A stretch of DNA of 36,823 bases from Trichomonas gallinae (taxonomy: Eukaryota). Below are positions 9,256 to 20,108 of this stretch, piece by piece; within the stretch, counting starts at the first letter, position 1; each line of letters opens with the position of its first letter. The stretch lies in the NCBI GenBank assembly GCA_008369845.1, contig MRSU01007698.1:1-36823 (forward strand), in the 5' to 3' direction. The translations under genes and the position numbers were made by a program. Below the pieces are notes generated by a model. It worked only from the letters and a program-made list of their open reading frames with translations. It was not told the DNA's origin and searched no databases.

Positions 9256-9849
9256 AATTATTAACGTCACTTTTATTTTTTATACAACTCCATGAAAAAC
9301 AAGTTTAGGACAAATAAAAACGCACATTCACATAATATGTGCTTATATGATGATGTATTTGCTGTTTTTAATGCTTTATTGCGCTATGTTCATCAAAATC
9401 AAAGGTGATCAAACTTCCAAACTCTATATATAGATACAGTGTCATATGGAGAATACATATGCAAAGTTCATTGATGATGATCACGATTACCCTCCATAGT
9501 TAGCAGGAATTTAAATAATATTATAATAGTTTCACTTATCACTAATATTTTTGCGGTCAAAAACGTCTTGAAAAGGTGATCTTTTATAAAAAAAAATCGA
9601 ACTGAGTAAAATTTTGACAAAAAGTTGTTCGATCTGACATGTAAGTTATACAAAATTTTCATGAATATGACAGTCGGTCATTTAAAATAAATTTACAAAC
9701 TCTTTGTAACATACTTGCAAATCATATAAAAACTTGTATCTCCTCAACATTATATTCAATAACATCCAAATAGAAAACATATATTAGTACATGAAGTGGG
9801 ACCTAATTTCATGCAGCACAAGAGTTTGTTATTCATTCGTTTTATCATC

Positions 9850-10130
9850 AGGTTGGAGCTTCTTGTAGAACAGTTCCAGGAACTGTGAGAAGGATTTTGG
9901 CAATTTTATAATAAGGTTTTTTGGGTTCACATCTATTCCAGGAACTGTGAGAAGGAGCTTGACAACCTCATGATGACCATTTTCTGAAGCTAAAAGCAAA
10001 GATTCATTAACATCAAAACTCGAATTTTTGAGGAAAATTTAACTGTTAATTACTTGTTTATAATTGCCGTTTCCACCATATTCTATTATGAGACGAGCAA
10101 GCTGGAAATTACGTTCTTTCATAATACTTC
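9850..10130 (-). pseudogene. Decayed ankyrin-repeat gene
   Basis: Minus frame reads RNFQLARLIIEYGGN...NS*IFLKNSSFDVNESLLLASENGHHEVVKLLLTVPGIDVN, then a frameshifted IAKILLTVPG. This explains the 21-bp direct repeat at 9874/9936. Confidence 0.75.
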
Positions 10131-10284
10131 ATTATTTAGAGTTTATTATTCATTTATTTGTTATATCATCATGTAGGAGTTTCCTGTCGAAAAAGTTTGG
10201 CAAATGAAGTAAATAGAAATATGTGAGCGACACCTTGAATACATAAGTATAGTAAAGTTTAAATGAACAACAAAAATATTAAAG

Positions 10285-11649
10285 TCAATTCATATAGCCA
10301 GGGAGGATGAAAGGTGCTCTCTGATTGAGAGGAATTCTACGAGTGGTTGTTTTCCCAGCTGATGTCTGCCGCTTCATTTTTTGAGTTACAGGCTCTTTTT
10401 CTTGCATATCTCTAATTTCGTCGAGTAGATTTGTTCCATTCCACATAAATGGTTCGCCATATGTGTCTTCATAATCCTCTAGCATTCCAACCATCTGAGC
10501 ATGAAGTTTTGGTAATTCATTTGTATATCTTCTTCTAACTCTTTCTTCTTGCATCAAACTACTAGCAGCACCACCTCTACGTGAAGTAAGGCGGCCAGGA
10601 TCATTTGCCATTATAGTCTGATCATTGAAGTTTGAAATAATTTCTTCTCTTTGTGCTATTAAAGCTAAAAGTGGCTGAATACTCTCCTTTAGGTTTTCTA
10701 AGCGCGAAACCTCGCTTTCCAAGGCAATAAGAGTGCGTTTGTTCGGTGACGTCGAATAGAAGAATGGAAATGCTGATTTTGATGGCGTTGGCATGTTTAG
10801 TTCGCCCCAAAGACGTAACAATTCGTTCTTCAATGACTCGATAACCTGATCCATATTTTGTTCTTTCTCTTCGTTCAGCTCCTGGAGTCGCAATCTTAAT
10901 TCTGCGACAAAAGCATCACTGTAGTTAGTTATCTTGTTGCTGCTGACACGTTTTCCGAGTAAGCGCTCGAGGCGACGAATTTCTTTGATCATTGTATGCG
11001 ATTCTTCGTAATTTTGATCGTATTTTTCTGATAATTCTTCGATTTCGTGTTCTAATGACTCAATCGTTGGGTCACCGCACGTATCTGGTTTAACAAATGG
11101 TTCCAATTGTAATGATTCGTGAAGTTCAACGAGTTTCTTTGATAACTTTTTCACTGTATCTTCATTTTGGGATATTATCACAGAAAGCTCGGCAATCTTC
11201 TGTTCAATAAGTTCTATCTTGTCTGACCTGAATATTTGGCCTTTTTCTGTAAATTCGCCGCGTTCTGTAATTTCGAGTTTATTAAAGCAATCGTTGAGCT
11301 TTTCATACAACTGATCGAATTCGTCTTTCTGAGTTGCTGTTATTTCGTTAAGATCTTTCAAAACTTCCTTTGCCGCCTCGATTCTTTCATTTAATGGAGC
11401 CGAAGGCTTTATTTTGTAGTTTGATTGAACGCCTGAGAACTCTACGAGTTCTTTAATTTGCTTTTCGATACTTTCTGCCTCATTTTTCATATCGCAAACG
11501 TTTTGATAAGTTTGATTTAGAAATTCGCAGCATAAACTCTCTATTTTCTGCATCAAAAGCTTATACTGCTCGTTTATTTCATCTTCCGTTAACCCCATTT
11601 GCGCAAAAAGTTCATCCAGCTGCTCCTCAATGCGAAGATCGACTTTCAT
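10285..11649 (-). CDS. Microtubule-associated protein, MAP65/Ase1/PRC1 family
   Basis: Coiled-coil protein with DPGRLTSRRGG..LMQEERVRRR..NELPKL...YEDTYGEPFMWNG, the conserved MAP65/Ase1 motif. Confidence 0.88.
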   Translation of the reverse strand: MKVDLRIEEQLDELFAQMGLTEDEINEQYKLLMQKIESLCCEFLNQTYQNVCDMKNEAESIEKQIKELVEFSGVQSNYKIKPSAPLNERIEAAKEVLKDLNEITATQKDEFDQLYEKLNDCFNKLEITERGEFTEKGQIFRSDKIELIEQKIAELSVIISQNEDTVKKLSKKLVELHESLQLEPFVKPDTCGDPTIESLEHEIEELSEKYDQNYEESHTMIKEIRRLERLLGKRVSSNKITNYSDAFVAELRLRLQELNEEKEQNMDQVIESLKNELLRLWGELNMPTPSKSAFPFFYSTSPNKRTLIALESEVSRLENLKESIQPLLALIAQREEIISNFNDQTIMANDPGRLTSRRGGAASSLMQEERVRRRYTNELPKLHAQMVGMLEDYEDTYGEPFMWNGTNLLDEIRDMQEKEPVTQKMKRQTSAGKTTTRRIPLNQRAPFILPGYMN

Positions 11650-11818
11650 TTAATTTTTCAGTTTATCATTTCTCTAAAATTGCAAAAATGGATTTTAGCA
11701 ACGAATTCAGGATGAAATCAACGAATCTATATTTTGTCAAAAATTATAGTTTATTTTGTCAAAATTTAATATTTATATGTCAGAATGTCAGATACTTATT
11801 TACATTCGAAATTGTATA

Positions 11819-12385
11819 TCAACATGGAGAGATCTAAGAGATTATTTGTCATGGAAAACACACCCATCGTTGATATAACTATATTATTTGCGCCAATGTT
11901 TATATGTTTGAAAATAAGATGATTATTTGCACATTAATATAACGACAGCTAAGCTATTATTTGTCATACAAAACTATAGATGTCTATTGTCTTCCTGAAT
12001 GGAGTTTAAATCGCTTGAATATATATATGATGCATTTTCATTCGATATATTGCATTGAAATCATCAATATGGAGAGAACTAAGAAATTGTTTGTCATGTA
12101 AAACAGACCCATCGTTAATATTATTTGCCCCAATAATTAATACGAGGCTTAAACCTTAAATTGTTTATATGTCAGAATGTCAGATGAATGTTTGCATACT
12201 GATTTTGAAATGATATAGACTTAACAAGCTATAAATGCTATACATGTGCATGGTATATTTATGTGTGATGATGGTATTTTGAGATCGACTACATATTTAT
12301 CAGGATTCTTTATTTTGCATTGAGTACTTCAATATTGAGAGATCTAATAGATCATTTGTCATGCAAAACACAGTCATCATTGATA
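11819..12385 (+). repeat. Degenerate ~245-265-bp tandem repeat with a conserved ~55-bp block (3 copies)
   Basis: A block like TCAAYATKGAGAGAWCTAA.A.AT..TTTGTCATG.AAAACA.A..CATC.TT.ATA starts at 11819, 12064 and 12329. Confidence 0.85.
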
Positions 12386-12620
12386 TGAAAAAATGCATGT
12401 TTAGTCCCAAAAAGGGCAAATGCATAATAGGGAAAAAAAATCCTGCAAAAAAAGCATAAAACACTTTTCGAATTCAGGATCAATTTCTATCCGACAAAAT
12501 TCATCCAAATTCAATTGATAGATCTATTATAGCCAGCTGATATAATCATATGAATATCCATTTAAAATTACAATGCAATCATGAGAAACATTATAAAACA
12601 ATTGTATTAAGACGAAAAAA

Positions 12621-12907
12621 TAATTTAGGGGCTGACACAAAATAATTGGTTGCCCTATCATGATGGTTGGATCCGTTGTGATGTGAATACGCGTAATGGA
12701 AGTTTGGAAGTTATATTTCATAAACCGCACATGCAAAGCAATACATCACGCAGTTAAAACAAGTGGCGTTGATAAGTTGGTTAGATCGGGAAAAATTAAT
12801 TAGGGCCTGAAACAAAATAAAAGGTACCCATACAATTTTTTGTAATCAAGCGAGCCCAAAACTCGACGAATAGACGAGTATCGCCATAACAAGGCCATTA
12901 AACCGCA
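12621..12907 (+). repeat. Diverged ~176-bp duplication with conserved short blocks
   Basis: TAATT(T)AGGGSCTGAMACAAAATAA occurs at 12621 and 12797; AAACCGCA occurs at 12722 and 12900. Confidence 0.65.
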
Positions 12908-13022
12908 AACGCGGTGGTTAAAAATCAGAACAATAGAGCCGATTTGAATTAAATTTTGTAAACTTATCAAACATCAAACGATCCTTTTCAATTTTTGAAA
13001 GACATTTTTTTTATTTTTGTCA

Positions 13023-13349
13023 ATGACAAATCATGGATCTTATGTGTATATACCGAATAACTACATGCCATCGATGAACAATACAATGGAAATGCAGGCA
13101 ATTTACAATGCAACGTTTAATTATCCACAGAATCAGCAAATATATTCGGAGAATGATTCGAATTATTATAACAGTACCCAGCAAAACATTCCACAGCCGG
13201 CAAATGTCCCGAAAACATATCAATTAAAAGAAATGCAAACAAATACACGAATAACTAAATACTTAGAAAAATTTCAGCACGTTCCAAAATCATTCGATAT
13301 AGTACCTAGGGGTGATCATAGTGAGTATGATTCTGGGACTTATCAATGA
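13023..13349 (+). CDS. Small hypothetical N/Q/Y-rich protein
   Basis: 108-aa ORF from the first ATG at 13023; low-complexity N-terminus; no recognisable domain. Confidence 0.55.
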   Translation: MTNHGSYVYIPNNYMPSMNNTMEMQAIYNATFNYPQNQQIYSENDSNYYNSTQQNIPQPANVPKTYQLKEMQTNTRITKYLEKFQHVPKSFDIVPRGDHSEYDSGTYQ

Positions 13350-13918
13350 ATGATATTATTCCCATTTTTCATTTTCGTAATTTTGTTATTATATCTTGTA
13401 ATTTTCACTTTCTTTATTACCATGTAATGCAACTAATCACAATTCTTTCGAATTTTTGGAAGAATTAAATATTTTGTTTATATTGTTTCTATTATATGGG
13501 AACTTTTTTCTATCCATAAATATAATTCGCACTAAATATTAACTTACGTCGTTGCTTACACTGCAATACAGAAATTTTGTTTGAGATATTTTAATCATAA
13601 AATAAATTGTTGCCATTCCAAATAGAAGCATTAATGGATCCTAAATGCAAGTTTATAAGAGCTTAAATCAAATTATCAAAAATAATTTCATCGGTAATAA
13701 CTATATTAAACCATATTATATGATAGAGAAGAATGATTAATGATGATACAATGAATCAAAAATGCAACAAATAGAAAGATTGAATTAGATTTAAATGAAA
13801 TTAATGTGAAAATCGATTAATTGTGAAATATATAGTGTAAAGATCTCTAAAGTATCAAAAAAATTAAAATCATTTGTCACTTTTCGTAAATTTTAAGTTT
13901 ATAATTTTCTAGATTTTT

Positions 13919-16540
13919 ATGGATTTATGCGACCAAAACATTGATAACTGTCGCATAAAATCCAAGCATTCTTCTAAAAACCCGAGGATGAAGCGGGTAA
14001 AAGAGAAAAATTGGGAGCCTGACTTAACAAGAAGATTACCAAATTTATTGGATATTTTAGATGAAAAAAGACAACTACTATCTGATATAAATGGTCTAAA
14101 AACAGAGATATCCGAGTTACAACGAACATATAAGCAACAAATTTATAAAAGTGAATCTTGTTTATTATCCAATCATCAAATACAGAAAAATCCCGATTAT
14201 AAATACTCTGATAAAGTAATTATGCTCGAAAATGTTTTAGAAACAACAAACAACGAATATTCAATATCAAAAAGAACGTTTTCTGATGATTTAAAAGATA
14301 GTTTGTGTGAAGAAATACAACAACAAAGATCTTTAATATTCTCAAATGAACGAATTCTGAAGAAAATGAAACATGAATTATCAAAATTGCAAAATAAAAT
14401 AGCAAAAGTATATGAAGACTCAAATATTGAAATTGTTGAAACCCAAAATATCGTAATTGAAGATTTAACAGAAGAATTATCGAGATTAAAAAATCAAGAA
14501 AATCAACTTGACGAAAAACACAAAAATTTGGTAACATGCAACATATGTTCCACATACGATAGCTTCGAATACGCAGATCTATGCGAGCAGTACGAAAAAG
14601 CAAAATATTATCATACGAAGAAAATCATCGAGAGAAAAAATTTGGAGAAAAGGTATCAACAAGACTACGAAAAAGCTCTGCGCAGACATAACGAGGTAAT
14701 AGCAGAGATGAACGCTAAGGCAGAAAGAGAAAGATTCAGAAATAGAATGAAGAGCAGAATTTCAACGTCAAAAATATCCAGGAGAGAAAGTATGGCTATT
14801 GAATTTATAGAAAACGAAAGAAAATCAAAGCTTCAATCAAGATTTGTAGTTGAAATCAGCGAAGAAGACCTTCAAGATAAGATTCTGGGTAAAGAATTGA
14901 TTTTAATATTACCAGAAGAAGAAGGAAAACTTCAAATTATTAGTAGCGAAAATAAAAGACCAAAATCGCAAAATGATTCAAAAACTAATTCACCAACAAA
15001 AGAAAATATTCAAACTACAGTCATTGAAGAAAACTCACAAAAGGAAATTAAAGCATCAGAGATTTCCTCTATTCAAAAAGTTCAAGATGATGACAAAAGT
15101 AAAAACGATGTAGAGCAAATATTAACAATTGCTAATGATGGCAAACAACATGAAAATATCAATGAGGAAAAAGAGAATGAAATCGTAATTGATGATGATT
15201 CTTCATCTGAACAAATCATTTTTTCAGATATTAAAGTTGATTATCAAACGAAAAATTTAACTAAAAATGACGAAAAAGAAAACATGAGCAAAGATATTTT
15301 ATCTAGTGAAAAGAAAGAAGCAACTATACATGATGAGAAAGAAAATGCAAGCAAAGATATTATAGCTGATGAAAAGGAAGATGTAACAAAATCTGCTCAA
15401 GATATAATAGATGTAAATAAAACTGAAGTTGAAGAAAATAACGATATAGAAAGCATGAACAAAGATATTATATCTGACGAAAAGAAAGAAGAAGATAGCA
15501 AAGTAGAGAAAGAAACTATGGACGAAGATATTATATCTGATGAAAAGCAAACTGATAATAAAGAAATTGATCATAATGATAAAGAAAGCAACTCACTGAA
15601 AAACATTATTGATCAAAAACCAAATGATAATAAAGAAATCAATCAGCAAACAAACTACAAGAATGATCAAAATGATATAAATAAAACTGATAAAAATTCT
15701 CATAATCTGTCTATAAATGATGATGATAACCAAAAAGATATTCAATCTAAAGAGTCATATGATCAAACAGACAATAATTTAACACAAAATGAAAAGCCTA
15801 AAAATGATAATAAATATGAGCAGAGAGACAACAATCATAAGCAAGATGAAATCACAGTTAATGAACAAATAAATAAATTGCATGTCGCAAACCGAGATGT
15901 TCCATCAACTTTGAAATTGTGTGAAAATGTAGATCAGGAATCATCAAACAAAAATTCCATAACCAATGATAAGAAAAAACAACTTGATAATCAAGCAAAT
16001 GAAAGCCAGCAAAAAGGAGATTCGCATGAGAAACCAACAAACCAAAACAATAAAGATGAAAGAGACAAAACAACAACTCAAAATGCGCCCAAAAAACATC
16101 GAAAAAAATTAAAAAAAGGAAAAAAGTCAGATGTGAAGAAAGAAGAAGCAACAAATGAAACAGATGATACTAACAATGAGCAAAAGATGAACCTGAATGA
16201 GAAAAATCAACAAAAAGAAGCAAATGATAATAAAAATGATAAAACTGTTGAAATAAAATCTTCAGATAATGATGGTTCTGGTGATGTCTTAATAGCATTG
16301 TTATCATCAGATCATGAAAGCTCGCCTTCTATAACTTCACAGAATGACAGTAATTCAAGGCGCGATGAGAATTTTGATACTTCAAATGAAGATGGCAGTC
16401 AAAAATCCAATCGAGTTAATTTCGTTGAGCTTGGAGGTCTTGGTAAACCTTCAAAGCTCAGAAGAAAGAATACAAAAGCAAAAGTTGTTTATCAGATTTC
16501 ATTTAATGATGATTTCAATGATTCAATTGACTTTAAATAA
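13919..16540 (+). CDS. Hypothetical protein: N-terminal coiled coil plus long D/E/N/K-rich disordered region with KDIISDEK-like repeats
   Basis: 873-aa ORF. Repeats KDILSSEK, KDIIADEK, KDIISDEK and EDIISDEK lie at about 15290-15547. GTCACTTTT at 13876 is upstream. Confidence 0.85.
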   Translation: MDLCDQNIDNCRIKSKHSSKNPRMKRVKEKNWEPDLTRRLPNLLDILDEKRQLLSDINGLKTEISELQRTYKQQIYKSESCLLSNHQIQKNPDYKYSDKVIMLENVLETTNNEYSISKRTFSDDLKDSLCEEIQQQRSLIFSNERILKKMKHELSKLQNKIAKVYEDSNIEIVETQNIVIEDLTEELSRLKNQENQLDEKHKNLVTCNICSTYDSFEYADLCEQYEKAKYYHTKKIIERKNLEKRYQQDYEKALRRHNEVIAEMNAKAERERFRNRMKSRISTSKISRRESMAIEFIENERKSKLQSRFVVEISEEDLQDKILGKELILILPEEEGKLQIISSENKRPKSQNDSKTNSPTKENIQTTVIEENSQKEIKASEISSIQKVQDDDKSKNDVEQILTIANDGKQHENINEEKENEIVIDDDSSSEQIIFSDIKVDYQTKNLTKNDEKENMSKDILSSEKKEATIHDEKENASKDIIADEKEDVTKSAQDIIDVNKTEVEENNDIESMNKDIISDEKKEEDSKVEKETMDEDIISDEKQTDNKEIDHNDKESNSLKNIIDQKPNDNKEINQQTNYKNDQNDINKTDKNSHNLSINDDDNQKDIQSKESYDQTDNNLTQNEKPKNDNKYEQRDNNHKQDEITVNEQINKLHVANRDVPSTLKLCENVDQESSNKNSITNDKKKQLDNQANESQQKGDSHEKPTNQNNKDERDKTTTQNAPKKHRKKLKKGKKSDVKKEEATNETDDTNNEQKMNLNEKNQQKEANDNKNDKTVEIKSSDNDGSGDVLIALLSSDHESSPSITSQNDSNSRRDENFDTSNEDGSQKSNRVNFVELGGLGKPSKLRRKNTKAKVVYQISFNDDFNDSIDFK

Positions 16541-17016
16541 CTTGTTTTATAAATGTTATGTGTGTAATTTACTAATTATAGCTTATTTTATATATATATT
16601 GAATGTATCTATAGGTATTTTTGATGAAATCATAATAGATCCATAGTATACATGTTTCTGCTCAACTTGCTTATTCTGAATTAGTATATATATATGTATT
16701 AAAAATAAAATAAATTATTTGATTATTCAAAATGAATTAAATTGAGGATTTGTTAATTTATGTAAAAGGAATATATTTTACTATAAAATTTTTAGTAAAT
16801 GATATTTAATAAAATTGGATTTTATACAAATATATACATTATATATAATCATTAACAAACAAAATGCATTGGATATGCAAGAGTATAAAGAAAAATAATA
16901 ATTGATGGGCTCGAATGAGTATAAAAGAGAGAAAAAAATCAAAATTTCATTATTATTGTAATTTCTCTTCCAATGATGTTACATCATGATGAGCAACGCA
17001 TAGGTATATTACGGTA

Positions 17017-17604
17017 TTACTTAGATGTCCTTCTAGCTTTAGGTTCATTAATAATCGCTTTGACCATTTCTTCTGCGTCCATATCAACTAAATCTGTATT
17101 ATGCTGATAGTTAAGCCAACCATTTTTAATGCGAGGAGTAATAACTGGCAGATTTTCTTGAATTACTTCTGTTTTTTCAGCGGGAACATCGTAAAACATT
17201 TCACCGCCATTTGTTTCAACATCCATTGACAGATTAGACTCAAGAACTGAACTTAGAAGCGGAATTGTTAATTTTCGCAATCCTTTCCTCAAAACTTCAG
17301 CAATATCGAATTTAGCAGAGGCAATGACATCAGCACCACCACCCTTGTTGTCTGCCATTAGCAAAGTGAAATCTAAAAATACAGGAGCAGCTTTTGAGTT
17401 TGTATCTCTTGTGATCAAAATATTGAACTCTATAAGGTTCGCCCAAACAACTTTGAAATCAACAGGTCTTTCTACTTCAGTTGGAAAAGTATGATATCGG
17501 AAATGGACTTTAAGACTGAATGATTTATCACAAAACGGGACATTATCGACTGTAATGTTGAAGAATCTAAATTGCACGTTTGATTTTTCGATCAAAACTT
17601 GCAT
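17017..17604 (-). CDS. NT-C2 (EEIG1/EHBP1-type) domain protein, putative
   Basis: Beta-strand pattern with NVP, KVVW..IEF and KGGG..VIASAKFDIAE resembles NT-type C2 domains. Confidence 0.6.
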   Translation of the reverse strand: MQVLIEKSNVQFRFFNITVDNVPFCDKSFSLKVHFRYHTFPTEVERPVDFKVVWANLIEFNILITRDTNSKAAPVFLDFTLLMADNKGGGADVIASAKFDIAEVLRKGLRKLTIPLLSSVLESNLSMDVETNGGEMFYDVPAEKTEVIQENLPVITPRIKNGWLNYQHNTDLVDMDAEEMVKAIINEPKARRTSK

Positions 17605-17698
17605 TTATATTTTTTCGCGATATTTGGCACTTTTGCTGATGTCACCTTTATCTATGGGTCACTTTTTATTATTTTTCATTTTTTGTTTATTTTCTTAA

Positions 17699-19012
17699 AT
17701 GAATGGACAAGATGCAATGAGTAATATGAATGCAGTTGACCCCAATGCAGAAATCAACACCAAATTTTGCGGAATAATAGATAGATTTCAAGAAACCGAT
17801 GATCTTGATAAATTGAATCAAATTGCAGATGAATATATGGAATTAATTGAAGATGACTACATTTATAATATCGATATTTCTATTGTAACAAATCAGTTCC
17901 TCGAAAAATTATGTTCCCTCGCATTTACTTGCTCAGACGAACAATTATCATTCTCATGCCTTCAAATTTTTCATTACTCGTTTATTGACAACGAGAATTT
18001 CAATATAGTTCGAATTTTTCAACTTCAATTTCCATTTTTACAAATTGTTTATAAAAAGCTATACGAATATAACAATCCCGAAATTTCTGACTTTGTTATG
18101 CATATGATAACTACTATTGCAGGATTTGATGAAAATTCACGAAATTCGATACTAGAGATTTTCAATTTTGAAGTTTTACAAGACCTTGCTTCCAAAAACA
18201 TTATTACAGATAATGAAATAGCATACTTTTGTAATATTTGTACAATGAAACCTCTACAAATCGAAATTTTATCAAAATTTGTTTATTATTCGTTAGAATT
18301 TCTTAATAACTACAATGAACTTTCAGAATCAGTCCAATCCGATTTTATTTATGTTTTGGAGAACTCTATTGATCATTTTGAACAAATTGTACAAAATCTG
18401 GATTCATTTAAAGAATTAGTGCTTAAATTAGTTGAAAATAGTAAACTGAGAGCTAGAACTGCAATAGTCAGATTCATTTGCAATTTATCAGAAAGAAATC
18501 CGATTTTTGTTCAATTAATTCCTTTAGACATCCTCTGCTACTTCTCAAAACTTAAACCTTTGAATACAGAATCAAGATGCAACTTTATAACATGGATTCT
18601 CAAATTAATTGATAGAAACATTCTTTTATCGAAATCTTCTATTCATTTCAATACAGAATTCCTCAAAATGATTGTAGACTTCATTATGAATGGTCAATAC
18701 AATTTAAGGATTGATTCAGCAAACATCATCAGAGACATTATTGAATTTGGCACAAATCAAAATATTTTGTACTTCGTTCAGAATGGCCTGTTTGAAAATC
18801 TCACCGAACTTTTAGAAAGTGATGATAGCAAATTTATAATCCAAATTCTCGAAATTATTGAGCATTTGAACAGATTTGGTCATAAATTTGAAATCAACAA
18901 AGAGTCTTTTGATCCACTTCGACCATATCTCGAAATTCTCGCAAATTATCCAGATCTAAAGGTTTCTGAGTTGGCTGTTCATATTTATCAACAGATTTAC
19001 TCTAGCCAATGA
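17699..19012 (+). CDS. Hypothetical alpha-helical ARM/HEAT-like repeat protein
   Basis: 437 aa, L/I/F-rich helices. C-terminal GQYNLRIDSA...VQNGLFENLTELLES resembles the last importin-alpha ARM repeats. Confidence 0.7.
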   Translation: MNGQDAMSNMNAVDPNAEINTKFCGIIDRFQETDDLDKLNQIADEYMELIEDDYIYNIDISIVTNQFLEKLCSLAFTCSDEQLSFSCLQIFHYSFIDNENFNIVRIFQLQFPFLQIVYKKLYEYNNPEISDFVMHMITTIAGFDENSRNSILEIFNFEVLQDLASKNIITDNEIAYFCNICTMKPLQIEILSKFVYYSLEFLNNYNELSESVQSDFIYVLENSIDHFEQIVQNLDSFKELVLKLVENSKLRARTAIVRFICNLSERNPIFVQLIPLDILCYFSKLKPLNTESRCNFITWILKLIDRNILLSKSSIHFNTEFLKMIVDFIMNGQYNLRIDSANIIRDIIEFGTNQNILYFVQNGLFENLTELLESDDSKFIIQILEIIEHLNRFGHKFEINKESFDPLRPYLEILANYPDLKVSELAVHIYQQIYSSQ

Positions 19013-19415
19013 GTTACATAAATTTATCAGCCTAATTATGCAAATTTTGATCTATCATGTAAAAAATAACTGTATTTTAGAACAATAATATCAGAAAAGT
19101 CTAATAATAGATGTTATAGATTATATTTTTCTGTGCTAAATATCGTTTTCCATTACATAATTATTTTGATATGTTTGTAAACAATAATTGATGAATAAAT
19201 AATGAAAAATGGTAATATTAATCATATATGTGTAAATTACAATTTGTAATAGAATAGAAACTCAATTAATAAAGAACAAAAAATAATTTTATATATATAT
19301 AAACAAATATATTGCTAATATATGTACATACTAATCTCATCTACTCAAAATATCTCATATCTGAATCTAATTTTGAGAAATATGATATCAAATAATATTG
19401 TATAAATATATTGCC

Positions 19416-20063
19416 TTAAACATATATTGGGTCGAATACTATTGGTTCTCTACGATGCAATTCCAAGTTAAAATCTGTCTGCGTCACTTTTGGAACTTCT
19501 TTCATCCATGAACTTGGCCATCTTTGCTTTTCTTCTGTGTTAAGTCCATAAGCTTCATGAGCATCATAAAATTTTTGAATTTCTGGAATGTAATATATCC
19601 ATCCTCCATCTGGAACAAGTAATTGCCGAAAAGTTTTGCCAGATTGCATGATTCTGCCTCTTTTCATGAATCCTGCACCAGGTAATTTCGGACATTCACT
19701 CAATAAAGAATCGATTTTATCATCTAAATAAACTTCCTTTTGAATTGGATGTATTTTACCGTAAATCATTAGCCATATAGTTATGTACTGTTGTGTTTCT
19801 CCGTAATTGGCTTTCTTGCGTTCATATTCGTCAGTTTTGAAAAATGCTTCTATATTTGGATGCGCATAGATCTCGCGTTCGATTTCTGAAAATGTTTGAG
19901 TAAGGTTATATCGTTGATTCTTGGTTCCATACTGAAGCGGAGGACTATATTCAAATATTTGATTAAAAATTGATAGTTTTTCATTGGGTTTGACTGTGAT
20001 CATATACTTAAAAGCATTAGGCTCATGTATTACAGATATAACAAGTGGATTTTGCTGAGTCAT
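19416..20063 (-). CDS. Hypothetical protein with possible ubiquitin-like fold(s)
   Basis: 215-aa ORF. EVYLDDKIDSL...FMKRGRIMQSGKTFRQLLVPDGGWIY follows the Ubl pattern. Confidence 0.65.
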   Translation of the reverse strand: MTQQNPLVISVIHEPNAFKYMITVKPNEKLSIFNQIFEYSPPLQYGTKNQRYNLTQTFSEIEREIYAHPNIEAFFKTDEYERKKANYGETQQYITIWLMIYGKIHPIQKEVYLDDKIDSLLSECPKLPGAGFMKRGRIMQSGKTFRQLLVPDGGWIYYIPEIQKFYDAHEAYGLNTEEKQRWPSSWMKEVPKVTQTDFNLELHRREPIVFDPIYV

Positions 20064-20108
20064 TCACGAGTTATAAGAAAAAAAAAATAATGCACAACGA
20101 TTATGGGA

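Noticed and set aside
9874..9956. 21-bp direct repeat with a 41-bp spacer, CRISPR-like at first sight
   Set aside because: Only two copies, eukaryotic context, no cas genes; explained by ankyrin LLTVPG codons.
12624..12805. TTTAGGG/TTAGGG telomere-like words
   Set aside because: Single copies only; part of the duplicated promoter block.
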